Source: Patellaria atrata CBS 101060 (lineage: Eukaryota). Taken from it: a stretch of DNA of 64,000 nt. Positions within the stretch are counted from its first letter, which is position 1. Each line of letters begins with the position of its first letter. Below, one piece after another: positions 1-11,806 of the stretch. Position numbers and translations under genes: made by a program. The stretch spans positions 2,224,022-2,288,021 of the forward strand of contig MU006090.1 of the NCBI GenBank assembly GCA_010093705.1, in the 5' to 3' direction. Below the pieces are notes generated by a model. The model was not told the origin of the DNA. It did not search any database and was given only the letters and a program-made list of their open reading frames with translations.

Positions 1-1301
1 CTCAGATGGAATGATCTCATTACCGAAGCGAAAGAGGATATTGCCAGAATCGTAACCTATGAGACCGGCAAACCCCTTGCGGAATCCCTCGCTGAGGTTG
101 ACTACGCTCTAGGATTTACCTGGTTTTTCACGGGTGAAGCAGAACGGATTCACGGGACGGTTTCAGTACCTTCAGCACCAAATCGACGCAATTTCACGGT
201 GAAGCAACCGATAGGTGTTGCTGTTGCGCTGGTTCCTTGGAACTTTCCCGTAGCCATGATATTGAGGAAGGCAGGGGCAGCATTAGCAGCAGGATGTACT
301 ATGGTGATCAAGCCTAGTCCTGAAACGCCCTTGTCAGTGCTCGCACTTGTGCATCTCGCTTCTAGAGCTGGGTTCGAGAAAGGCGTTTTGAACGTGCTGA
401 CGACAAGTTTGGAGAATACCCCAGCGTTGAGTGAGGCGCTCTGTAAGCATCCGCTGGTTTCAAAGGTAACGTTCACCGGAAGTACGAAGGTGGGAAAACT
501 GATTGCTAGACATTGTTCCGAAGGGTTGAAGAAGGTGACGCTGGAGCTCGGCGGGAATTGTCCATTTCTTATCTTCGACGATGCGAATTTGAAACAGTCG
601 GTGGACGCGTTGATAGCATTGAAGTGGAGGCATGCAGGTCAGGCATGTATCACCGCAAACAGGGTATATATCCAAAAAGGGGTGTTTGGCCAGGTGGAGC
701 AGATGCTCATAGATGAGACGAGAAAGATTAAAGTCGGGCATGGGATTGAAACTGAAACTACCATGGGACCAGTTACGACGCCTAGGGGTATTGAAAAGGT
801 GGAATGTCAGATTAAAGACGCACAGAAGCATGGCGGGACGGTCTTGACAGGAGGAAAGAAACCATATGGGTTACCGGGGTACTTTTTCGAGCCGACAATA
901 ATCAGCAACATGAAGCCGGAGATGCTGATTTCGAGAGAAGAGACTTTCGGGCCTATTCTTTCACTATATAAATTCGAGACTGAGGATGAGGTGGTTGACC
1001 TAGCGAACAAAACTAGCATGGGTCTTGCAAGTTATTTCTTCACCAAGGACGTTGATCGTACCTGGCGGCTACTGGAAAATCTTGAAGCGGGAATGGTGGG
1101 TATGAATACCGGTATTTTCTTTTCTCCACACTCTCCTCCTTCTGCACTAAAACTTGTGCTCTAGGCCCGATGTCAGCCGCTGAATCACCATTTGGAGGTA
1201 TCAAGGAGTCTGGTTATGGAAAGGAATCTGGCAAAGACGTTGCGGTAGATGCTTATCTCATCACGAAGACTGGAACTATGACGCTTGAGGGACAGTACTG
1301 A
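1..1301 (+). CDS. Succinate-semialdehyde dehydrogenase-like NAD(P)+-dependent aldehyde dehydrogenase, 5'-truncated by window edge
   Basis: ALDH motifs PWNFP, FTGSTKVG, TLELGGN, GQAC (catalytic Cys) and EETFGP. Intron 1112-1164 (GTATTT..CTAA..CTAG) joins a last exon reading PMSAAESPFGGIKESGYGKE..GQY, stop TGA at 1299-1301. Confidence 0.9.
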
Positions 1302-2386
1302 AATATTACATATCTTTCTACTTTGTGAACTTTTGCTCGTTTGCATAATCAACCCTTCCTTGAACCAACATCTAAGACTTAGGTGTGAATGTAATGAGAT
1401 ATGCAGCGCGCAAAGGATGGGCAGTTTTGACAGGGTGAAGATGATATAATTATACAAACTAAATGAGATCTAAACCTTTCAAAATAGCTCGTCCGCCTTG
1501 GATTTTATATCACAAAGGGGTAAGTCTAACCAAGAAAGAACCAGCTCGGCTCTAGTTCTAACTGGTTCTAGCTCTAAATGAATAAAGCTAAGAGTTAACT
1601 TCTTAGGTAAGCCTTAAGCCTTCCGTCTGACCGTCTCAAACTCTCAATTGACTTTGAACTTCATCTTTGTAGATCTCTCATGGGAGATCAGTTTTCTACT
1701 CGTACTGTACAGAGGACAGCTTTGATATACTGTACCGGGATTTAACTACCAGTCTCTTGACTCCACTTACTGGACCGTGGCTATACACTTGCAGTAGAGC
1801 CAATCACTAGAACTAAGTACTGTATGCTAGTTCTACACTCACATCCTCGTGAAAGGGATTCCTCCTGCTGTCTTGCAGCATGTTCCTCAACTCCCACGAT
1901 TAGCATTCCTTCTTTCTTCCTTCCGTGCCATCACTCTAGGATATATTAGGATCTAGGAATATATCAACGAGGAATATCCTGCACTACATCCCCCACGATA
2001 CATGGAGAGGTGGTGGCCTAATATTACATTGCTAAATTTGGACCAACTGATTCAGACCATCAGTCAGTTCCAGAATCCATGGAAGTCTAGCCTATGCCAA
2101 TTGTCAGTTGCTTACTAGAAATATATCCTAATACGGAAGAGGAGATAACTAATTCAACACTTTCCCACGATCGAAATTATACGAGCTAACCAATGACCTG
2201 GACAGTTCGATCCTCTTTAGGTATCCAACCAAGGCCATAGATCAGCTCTAGTTTCGTCTTCCAATGTGTTTAATATACATATAACGAGCATCTTCCCCCT
2301 TCTCTGGAGAATGGGACCATACTACAGCAACCTCTTCTATCAAGGACTTGCATTAATATTGAATACTTGTGACCATCACCTCCGCA

Positions 2387-3923
2387 ATGGCACCGAAACG
2401 TGCCATCACTCCAGAAGACATCACCACCCTACGTGATCTTCTCTCATCCACTGAGGCTAAAATACTTTCTCCGGATGATGAAGGTTACTCCGACACCATA
2501 CTCCGGTGGTCTCGAGCAGCCGAAAAGCCGGCCGGAGCTTCTCTCGTACCGACTTCATCGGAAGCGATATCGATCGCAGTTAAGTTCGCAACCTCAAAGG
2601 GCATCGACGTAGCCGTCAAAGGGGGCGGTCACTCAACTGCAGGTGCTTCCTCAACAGATGGAGGTCTACTCATCGATCTTAGTTCCATGCGGAAGGTCAC
2701 GGTAAATTATAACAGCAAGACCATCACGGTGCAAGGTGGTGCTACCTGGGGAGACGTTGATACCGAAGCGGATAATCATGGACTCGCAACCGTGGGCGGT
2801 ACCGTGAACGACACCGGCGTCGGAGGTTTGACGCTAGGGGGTGGGTTTGGCTGGCTTTCCGGTGTCCACGGTCTCGTTATCGACAACCTTATATCCTGCG
2901 AAATGGTTCTAGCCGACGGTACGATCAAGAGAATCAACTCAACTGATGAGCCTGATCTCTTCTGGGCAATTAGAGGTGCGGGACAGAACTTCGGTGTTGC
3001 GACCGAGTTTACGTTCCAAGGGCACGATTCACCACAGATGTATACTGGCATGATCATGTTTCCACCGGTACCTGAAATTGTAAGAAAAGTAGTCGATGCA
3101 TGGAACACTCTGTTCACAAGGGGTGAAGACGGTCAGACCAAAGGACACGGGAAACTCATGGGTGGCCTAGCTTGGATCAAACCACCCCCCACGCATGATG
3201 CGTTGCTCATGGTGTTGGTAAACTTCATCGGTACCGAGGAAGAAGGAAACAAAATTCTTGCTCCTATCCTCGAGGCTGGTCCAGTCTTCAGCAACCTGAG
3301 CATGAAGTCCTACGCGGAAGCAAACAGACTTCTCCAAGCACCAATTGGTGGCAGAGCTAGTATGAAGGGAGTAGCTTTCGAGATACCGCTACGTGCGGAT
3401 TTTGTGCTCGAAACGTTCGAGCAATACCAGAAATTTACCACCGATATACCAGAGGCAGCAGGAACAGTTATCATGTGGGAGATGATGGATGCAACGAAAG
3501 TCGTTTCTATTGCAGGCAACGATGAAGCTGGATTTGCAAATCGAGGTTGGCACATGAATGGTGTTGTTATGCCATTCTGGTCCGACAAAGCAAAGGATGC
3601 TGCGTGTAGACAGTGGGCGCGGGATATGGCTGATAAGTTTAGAGAGGAATTGATCAGGGACGGTGTCGAACCAGGCCGGGGAGTTGAGGGTGGAGTTGGG
3701 AAGAGAGGGGACCACGGAGCTGTGATGCTCTATGGGAACTATGACCGTAAGTCGGGATCTTTCAACTCACAGTAAGACCCAAGACTAACATGTCACAAAA
3801 GAATACGATGAGAAATCTAGAGATATCTTCGGTTTCAACTATCCCAGGTTACAAGAGCTGAAGGCGAAGTATGACCCTACTAACACGTTCAACAAGCTCT
3901 TCCCGATCGATCCTCAGAAGTAA
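2387..3923 (+). CDS. FAD-linked oxidoreductase, berberine-bridge-enzyme / 6-hydroxy-D-nicotine oxidase-like
   Basis: KGGGHS flavinylation motif, TGVGGLTLGGGFGWL and DLFWAIRGAGQNFGV. Intron 3747-3801 leads to a BBE-type tail IFGFNYPRLQELKAKYDPTNTF, stop at 3921-3923. No signal peptide apparent. Confidence 0.88.
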
Positions 3924-4815
3924 ATTTGATGTTCTATGTTATCAAGGAAATTAGAGAACCAAACAAAGGAATCGTTAGAGTCGTGAATCAGAGGAAATCG
4001 TCATATAGTATTCCTTCACGCGATCGCTAGTTGTACTTCCAAAATTACTTAGGGCTACTACCTGTAGAGTAATCAGATATTTAAAAGGATCGCTGCTTAC
4101 CACAACACCACTCTAGACCTACTATATTAACCCTTTGAATTTGTCATGATCTCCAAACTTCACTAAACGCTCTTTATGGAAAATGCTGATTCCTCCTGTC
4201 CAGGACTCGATTAGCACCTCTCGCTCAATGCTAATGATACGTGTACGCGCTTGTCACGATGATCTCGCCTGATAATTCCAGCAACTATTGAAGTAATTCC
4301 TCGACAGTACTCTAAACCTGACCCTCTAAATGGTAGAATGGGAAGCAAATTCTACAGAACAGTGCGCATGAAAGTTGTTCTAGTACTATCACATCATAGT
4401 ATAAAACGTGTTAAGATGAACAATGATAAAAATGCAATGCCCACAATATCGCACATTAACAGTAATGCTCTGTTCCTATAACTCCTTGATGCATTAGAAC
4501 CCCCTTTCTATAGTACCAGCCAACCTTCTACAATCAATATCCGCAAACATAGGACATAAGTTATCCCAAACAGAAACAATTGTCGGCACATGAATATTCA
4601 TAGATCGGAGAGCTGAATACCAGGGGTGAAGGCCCATGTAGATCAATGCAAGAAAGTAAAGAAAGAAAATAAGAAACTCCACATATGCAAATAGCAACAA
4701 AGGAGAAATCGGTAGTGTATACAAAAGCGGAGACAGTACACCAAGGATAGAAAATTACGAGATTAGCAAAAACATCTCTGTATGCTTTGGGGATCGGAGA
4801 GTATTCGGAAATCTT

Positions 4816-6634
4816 TTAGATACCGGAATCGTTGTCAGGCTGAGTCCAGTTATTATCGATGGTCCACTGCTTCCACTTATTGCAAGTATTTGTGACATCA
4901 TTGGTGTTGATTAGGCTGCGTATTTCACTCTTTCGTTCGACAATCTGCAGGCCGAACCCTTGGAGTGTGTGGTATCCGATGTGGCAATGCATGAGCCAGA
5001 TACCGGGGTTGTCAGCTGGGAACGCCATGACCAAGTAACCGGGTTGGGTCAAAGTAGCCGTATCACGACGAGGAGCGTTGTTGAGCTTGAGTTCAACATC
5101 AGAGGTATATGGAACGGTTCCTTGAGCTAGTACCGAGAAATCATGACCGTGCAAATGAATTGGGTGGGAAGGCCCACCTCCGGCACTATTGATAACGAGA
5201 TAGGTCCAGTCATTTGCTCCGCCTTCAACGTTGATCACTGCTTCTTGTTTCGCGAAAGTAAAGTTGTTTGCTGCAGCTCGCATAATACTTGGGTTCTTCA
5301 GATCCACGAGCATGTTGGTGGAGTTCATGGTCCAAATGAATCGACCATTGACATCCCGAGTAAGGCCTAGAGGAAGGTCATGTGTCTTTTGAGCAGGTCC
5401 GACAGGGGTGTTGACTACGGGAACAAGCTTATTAATGGGCTCGTCTTGACAGGCAGTGCGGGTGCTGATACCGCTCGTCGTTGGATCAGCCGTGCTAGTG
5501 CTATCATATCTAAGAATACCTTTGATATTCATAGGATTGGTATGCGATGAGCAGGACTGCGGAACGGCACGAATCCAGTAATTACCAGAAGTTTGGTTCT
5601 TCGCCTTGACAATGATATCATATCGTTGACCCATAGTGATGGATAAGGAATCAGTCTCGTAAGGTACAATCGGTGTGAAGTCAGATGCAATGACTTTGAA
5701 ACTGTGGCCATCGATGCCAAAGCTGAAGAATGAGTCGATTGCGGCGTTGACAATTCGGATGCGGTAGGATTTTCCAGGCTCGAAGACGGTTTCGAAACGT
5801 TTTCCCGTAGTTGTAGTTCCAGAGGTGAAGACGTTTGTTCCGTTAATAAGCCCGTTAGCTTGGGGTGGCGGCGCTCCTCTATCGGCAATGAGCTGTTGTT
5901 CATGGCAACTTCTGTGGTCCCAGTCATTTAAGAACAGGGCGCCGAGATCTTCTTGATAGTCTTCACTAGCAGGGCCGTGAATGATTATTGGACCGAAAGC
6001 TCCATCCCAAGCTTGCAAAGAGTAGTGACTATGATACCAAGAACTGCCATACTGTTCCGCCTTCCAGGTATATGTCATGCTTTCTCCTGGCTAATGGATG
6101 TTAGAGAGATATCTCACATGAAGAGGTGCGTCAGTCTTACTGCGAGTGGGCACTGTGTTATTGAGGGAACGCCATCACTCTCAAAGCTGCCTCTTTGGAC
6201 AATGCCGTGGAAATGGAGACCTGTTCCTTGCTGGTCCTGCAGGTTATTGGTCAGATGGACGCCTATAGGTGTTAGAGCGGAACGTTTATCAGAGCTTCCC
6301 ATCCCCTATGATACTTACGAACGGTATCACCCCAATCTGCCTCAATCAATGGTCCAGGCATTTGACCATTAATTAGAACAGCGTACCTAGGAACCCCGTC
6401 TGGAGCCGTTGCGGCGGTCAACGTAGCGTTGGATATTTCGAAGAAGTACTCCCGCACACGTCCTGTAGACGGTGCTGGTTGGTGAACGTAGTCATAGTCG
6501 ATGTCTTTGTCACACCATTGTCGCCTAGTAGTATCCGTATTTCCATTGCACGCAGCACGAGGGAAAAGTTGACGAGAGGGTAATGCAGAAACAGCGTGTA
6601 ATAGACCAAGTGCGAAAGGGACTAGAAACTTCAT
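4816..6634 (-). CDS. Secreted laccase / multicopper oxidase (AA1)
   Basis: Signal-peptide-like MKFLVPFALGLLHAVSA. Four Cu-binding motifs: HFHG, WYHSH, HPIHLHGHDF, HCHIGYH. C-terminal DSGI. Introns 6263-6318 and 6091-6140 join the frames correctly. Confidence 0.93.
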
Positions 6635-9600
6635 TATGTCTGAACGATGCTCTTGAACGAATGAGAGTATAGGAAATGAAAAGTCGTAACGACTGACTAT
6701 GGTGAGAGGAGTGTATAGTGGCTGATCGACCTAAATGAGGGCCGATAGAGAGAATATTTATACTTCAAAAAATAGGGATATCGTGAGAGCATTTCCAGTA
6801 AGGCTCCCGATGAATATTGAATGTTGCCCTACCAGCATCGTATAGAACGCAAGGTAAGCCATATCTGACTAGAATCGCGAAAGGCAGCTTTCACTGTTTT
6901 GCTTCACCCATAAAAAGTAAACGCAATGGCCGGACAGCGGAAGGGCTCAAAAAGCTTGTTTATCCTAAGGAAAGATCTCTCTAGTCTCGTATCCAATAAT
7001 ACTGTTTACCCATGGCGGTAAATCCGAAAGGATGGATTGAGCTACCGGGACAAGGAAACCGCAGCAGAGATAGCAAGCAGGCAGACGACCAAACGGTATG
7101 AGCTGAAGGATGTGGTGATGTGCTGTACAGTAAGCATGGTTGGATGGTTACTGTAAGTAGCTATCCCTTCAGGGGAGTGCATCTCGGCACGATGGGTGGA
7201 CGTCCACGCGGATCCCGTTGGAAGTTTAGCGAAGTAACAGCATGATAAAGGTGTTCGAGCGAAACTTAAAGTTAGGGCGTTTCTAGAGCCCCGGTTCTAC
7301 AGTATGTTGCGTCTCTGCAGGAAGGACTGTGAATAGCGTAGGGTGTACGGTATGTAGAGCCTGAAGTCCGCAACCTGATCAGCTTATCCCAGGCCAATAT
7401 ACGGCACGTGGTGGTCCTGACGGATCAAGCTCTCGCATTGAGTTTCGAAGATTTTCATACCGGGAGCGAAGGATGGAATTGTGTTAGAGAGGACAGGGAT
7501 CGAATACGGAAATAGATGCACAGGTTGAAGATTTTTCTTTGATGCGAGCTCAGATACGATAGTAAGACTCATCTTACCAGCAGCCTCCATAGGGCTGAGT
7601 GAAAGGCTGAACTTCAATGTAGCTGAGAGTATTGCGATGCTGAGAGACGGAGAAAGAACAATTATCAGCGAAATGATGATTAGTGCAAAGGGAATGGAAA
7701 GCGAAACGGAGAGAGGTCCAGCTATGGCAAAAGGGGCACTGGGGCAGTGAGTGCGACTGTGCGCTGTGGAGAAGACGTTGGAAAAAGGGAGCGCCACCAA
7801 CCGGGACGGCGGCTGCGGCCTGAACTGGTCAAAGTCCTTGTGATTATTGATTGTTTGATATCCTTCCTACAGTAACTACCTTAAGGGATCCGAGACTACC
7901 GTTCACCAGGTTGGAGTTAGGTCTTAGGTTCAACCCGTCAACCGGGGCAAGGTAGTTCTATCTCCTATCTCAATAATGATAATGATCACAGTGGAGATTC
8001 ATGGAGCTTACGTACCTGATAATCAAGGGCTTTCGTATCTGCGAAGTAGATCTTTTGAAGGGAGAGAGTGGGATGATTCTCTCCAAGGAGGAGAACTCAA
8101 ACTCAATAATTGAGTTTCAAATCGAAATTCTATACCTTACCTTACTGTACTGTAACTTAAGGACGGACGCTACCTTAGATCTAGCTCTACGGAAGGTACC
8201 GTAGTTCTACCTACCTTTACTAGTTCTAATCAAAATTCAGGGTGGAAATAGGCGAAAATGCGTAAATGTTTCTCCCCTCCCGTCCGTAGGGTTAGCCACT
8301 ACACTTTACCTTAATTCATTGAAATCCAAATGGAATAGAACCCGAAGCTGCTTTGTATATTCAAAAAAAATCGAATGCATCCAGTCTCCTGTCCGTTCCA
8401 TTAGCTTGATCCAAACCTGTAACTCCCCACCATTGAGCTTCTTCGAAACGGAGTTAGTGCAACCGGTGAGAACTTCTCCCCTGGATATCGGATAGGTCAA
8501 AAGGTACCTCAGCTGCAGTGACGGACATGCAGCTCGCGCCTACGGTATCATCGGTATGCTGCCGAGCTGGGTGGGTGGACTCCATTTGCCGACTGTGGCT
8601 TTCAGGAATCGCAGCGCTGATAAACTAAACTAGACGTACCTTACGAGAATGTAAGGTACACTGAGAAGCAATTTTAATGCATACGCCCTATTACCCACAT
8701 AGTTCTCAATAATAGGACAATGGATTAGACAGAATGGGATAGTTCGTATTCTGGAACACCGAGGAAGTACGTTGTTATCACATTGGATTTGATGGTTCCA
8801 TGTCTTCTTTGATATTGGCTGCGCCATGTAGAGCTGCCCTGCAGAACGAGATACCTTAACCGCAACAGGGGCACGACGAACGCGTTGTCGGTGATATCCT
8901 CTCGATTGATGCTTTACCACCGTGTGGGAGACGGATATGGCAAAAAGAGCATCCCGATACCCGGCTACACGGTTGTTCGAATCCTGGCTGCTTTGGAGTT
9001 TCTATTCCCTTTACTCCTTTATATCTTTTCCCTACTTATCACAGCTTCAGAGTTCGAAGTTATTATCGCGAGCATGTTGATTTTGTCTTCAAGTCACTTA
9101 CTATGCTATTCTATCTCGTAATACATCATCGCGTTCCAGTACGTAAATTGCAAAGCATGTTTATTCTCGCTTAGGACTAGTTCTAGTTCTACAAGATACC
9201 TAGGAGGACGTGCGTTCTAATTCCACTTAACGGATTGGTGGCACATAAGGCAGAATCAAAGGAGTCTCACCCAAGCATAGTAGGTGAACCTTAGTTTATA
9301 CTTGCGATTGTCAGTATCACGATTAGATTGATGTTTCATTATCATCATGCTTAATAGGCCGCCCTTGTCTGACTTTCTCGGGAGTACTGTCTCTCTCATA
9401 TGCCTGCATCTCGACAGCACGGTACATTCTTATTAGAGTTGGAGACATACGTAGCAGCATATGACCAATATAAACCTAATTCCTTCCATCGAGGAAGATA
9501 TTAGCTAGCGTCGTTTGTGTAGCGGGCTCAGATCTTCACGTAAATCGGTACTCGGATCTTCTAGTGTACATTGTAGTCACCGGATCGTGAACGCTTTCTT

Positions 9601-9970
9601 GATGCGTGGGAGGATGAGATGGATGCACCAGTTATTTTGCCTGTATAGTACGTATGCGCTTGCTCGCCTGAATCCAATATGTTTCTCTTCTCATTACTCT
9701 TTCGTGACGTCTCACATCTCTCTTTCAAAGGATCGGACTTCTTTCGTGCGAAGATTCGCATCAGAACAAATCCGCCTGGCGATTATGAGGTTTGTGGCGC
9801 GAAAGTATCACGTCTCTTGCCTGCTTCAATCATGCATTCGATCACTATCAGCTTCCATCAAAGGATGTCAGCCCCCTTCAGGCCATTTACGTTTTACTCA
9901 ATGGCGAATTAGGGGTAAAGTCATCGGAAAAAAGCTACATCTATTTACATGAAGGTAAAACAATGCGCAG

Positions 9971-11040
9971 TCAATTCGATATGCTCAATGGAGTCGACAT
10001 ACTTGGAGAAAAGCTCAGGACTGAGAGGAGAAACTCACCTATCCCCTCCATATACTTCGCCATTGGACCACCATACCTAGCTCCTATAGGAGAAAACTTC
10101 TTCAACATCTCATTAATCGCATCCAAGTCCTCTTGCACCAGTTCCACCCGCTTCATATTCTCTGTAACTCTTTCCACGGAGGAAGCACCAGGTATGGGGA
10201 TGATTGTCGGCATATCAGGTTTATTACTAAAAGACTTAACCCAAGAAAGGGCGATCTAGCCAGGTGTAACCCCCTTCTTCTCTGCAATAGCATCTACCTC
10301 TTTGACGAGTCTGAGGTTCTCCTGGAAGACGTCTTTAGAGGCAAAGTGAGGTAAGTTACGGCGTCTATCGTCAGGCGCTAGGTCGTCGAGAGATTTGATA
10401 TGACCTGTCTGGCGAAGGTGTTAATAAATGACCTGAGCATTAAAAGAATGTCACAAGACGTACTAATATACCTCTTCCAATGGGTGGATAAGCATATGTT
10501 GGGATTCCCAGTTCGCCACAGGTAGCCGCAACTCCATTTTCCAAGATCTCCGTAGCCCACAACGAAAACTCTAATTCCACAGCGTCTATCTTTGCAACGA
10601 TCGCCGCACGGCGTATGGTTTGCGCCGAACACTCCGAGATCGCAATACCACCAACCTTTCCTTCGTCAACATACTTCTTAATTGCTAGGACCATCTCTTC
10701 GACTGGTGTTACACCATCTACCCTCGAGTAAGTGAAGATGTCCAAGAACTTCTTCCCGTCAAGGACTCTCAGGTACTCGTCGATACTCCTTTTGACATTC
10801 TCGGGTGAACCGTCAGGGATAAACTTTTCAAGATTGACGACCCCTTTCACGCTAATCACAACCTCATCTGCGTCCCCGGGATACTGCGTAAAGTAGTCGC
10901 GAAGGTGTAAGCTGTTTGCATGCGGAGGACCATAATGTTGGGCGGCATTCCAATGGTTGGCGCCGAGGATGAAGGCTTGCTTCAATGCCTTTATGGATTC
11001 TGAAGTCGGTGGTGGCCGTGATTTCTAGGTGAGGCTAGTA
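9971..11040 (-). pseudogene. Pyridoxal reductase-like aldo-keto reductase pseudogene
   Basis: AKR motifs YGPP..NSL, VVISVKG, GKVGGIAISE, ELEFSLW and IPIPGAS. Intron 10409-10463. In-frame TAG at 11025-11027 (SLT*K, where the family has W) and at 10256-10258 (TPG*IAL, where the family has Q). No clear start codon. Confidence 0.82.
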
Positions 11041-11806
11041 GGTTTACCTAGAGGGGTTACTATTATTGAAGGTTGGCAAGAGCTGAAACTGGATGAAACG
11101 GAAAGGTTTTCAGGGGGGGTGGAAAAGCCTGCGTTTGTAGAGTGTGATATCACAGATCTAACAACTTTGTGAAGAATTGAGATGATGTTGTGGAATACTA
11201 ACATATAGTTGAACCTTCTCATATCTTTATACTCTGTGTGAATCCTCTTTCCGCCTATCGTTTGAATCACTTGCCTTACAGATCCATCGTCAACACGATA
11301 CTCATCACGGCACACATCTGACAACTGTTTCCGGATAAAGATGCGTTTAAGTCCGGGCCGTGAAGCTTTATTATTTTCGAGTAACTGGCCTTCGACATTC
11401 ATCTACCTTATCCCCCGATGCTTGACAACAGATTACTTATTACCTTGCCACGATCCAAATGATTTTACATTGCAAAAATTGAGTCAATTGACTCAGTTGA
11501 GCCGAGACATAGCGGAACTCTTCAGCTACTCAATTTACTGAATACCATTACTGTACCTGTGATGATCGGACATTGCGGAGTTTGCAGCTCATACGCCACT
11601 TCCGGTTCCGGTCCGGTCCGGTGAACAAATGCTCAGGGAAGACGGAAGCGAGTCTTATCGATAACAGCTGCCCTTATCATCGCGGCTAGAACTGCCATAA
11701 TAAAGATCTTAATCCATGCCAAGAATTAAAATTTCACTACAACAACGAGTGCTACGATAAACAGCTGGAAGTGTTCAGCAAAGTCGAACCTCCCGATTAA
11801 TCATCA

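Noticed and set aside
7384..7800. 138-aa hydrophobic minus-strand ORF
   Set aside because: Near-cognate start, no recognisable motif and no coherent exon structure. It may be a relic but cannot be supported.
8300..8920. Short ORFs with one intron-like GTACCT..CTAAC..AAG string on the minus strand
   Set aside because: Could not build a continuous or recognisable protein.
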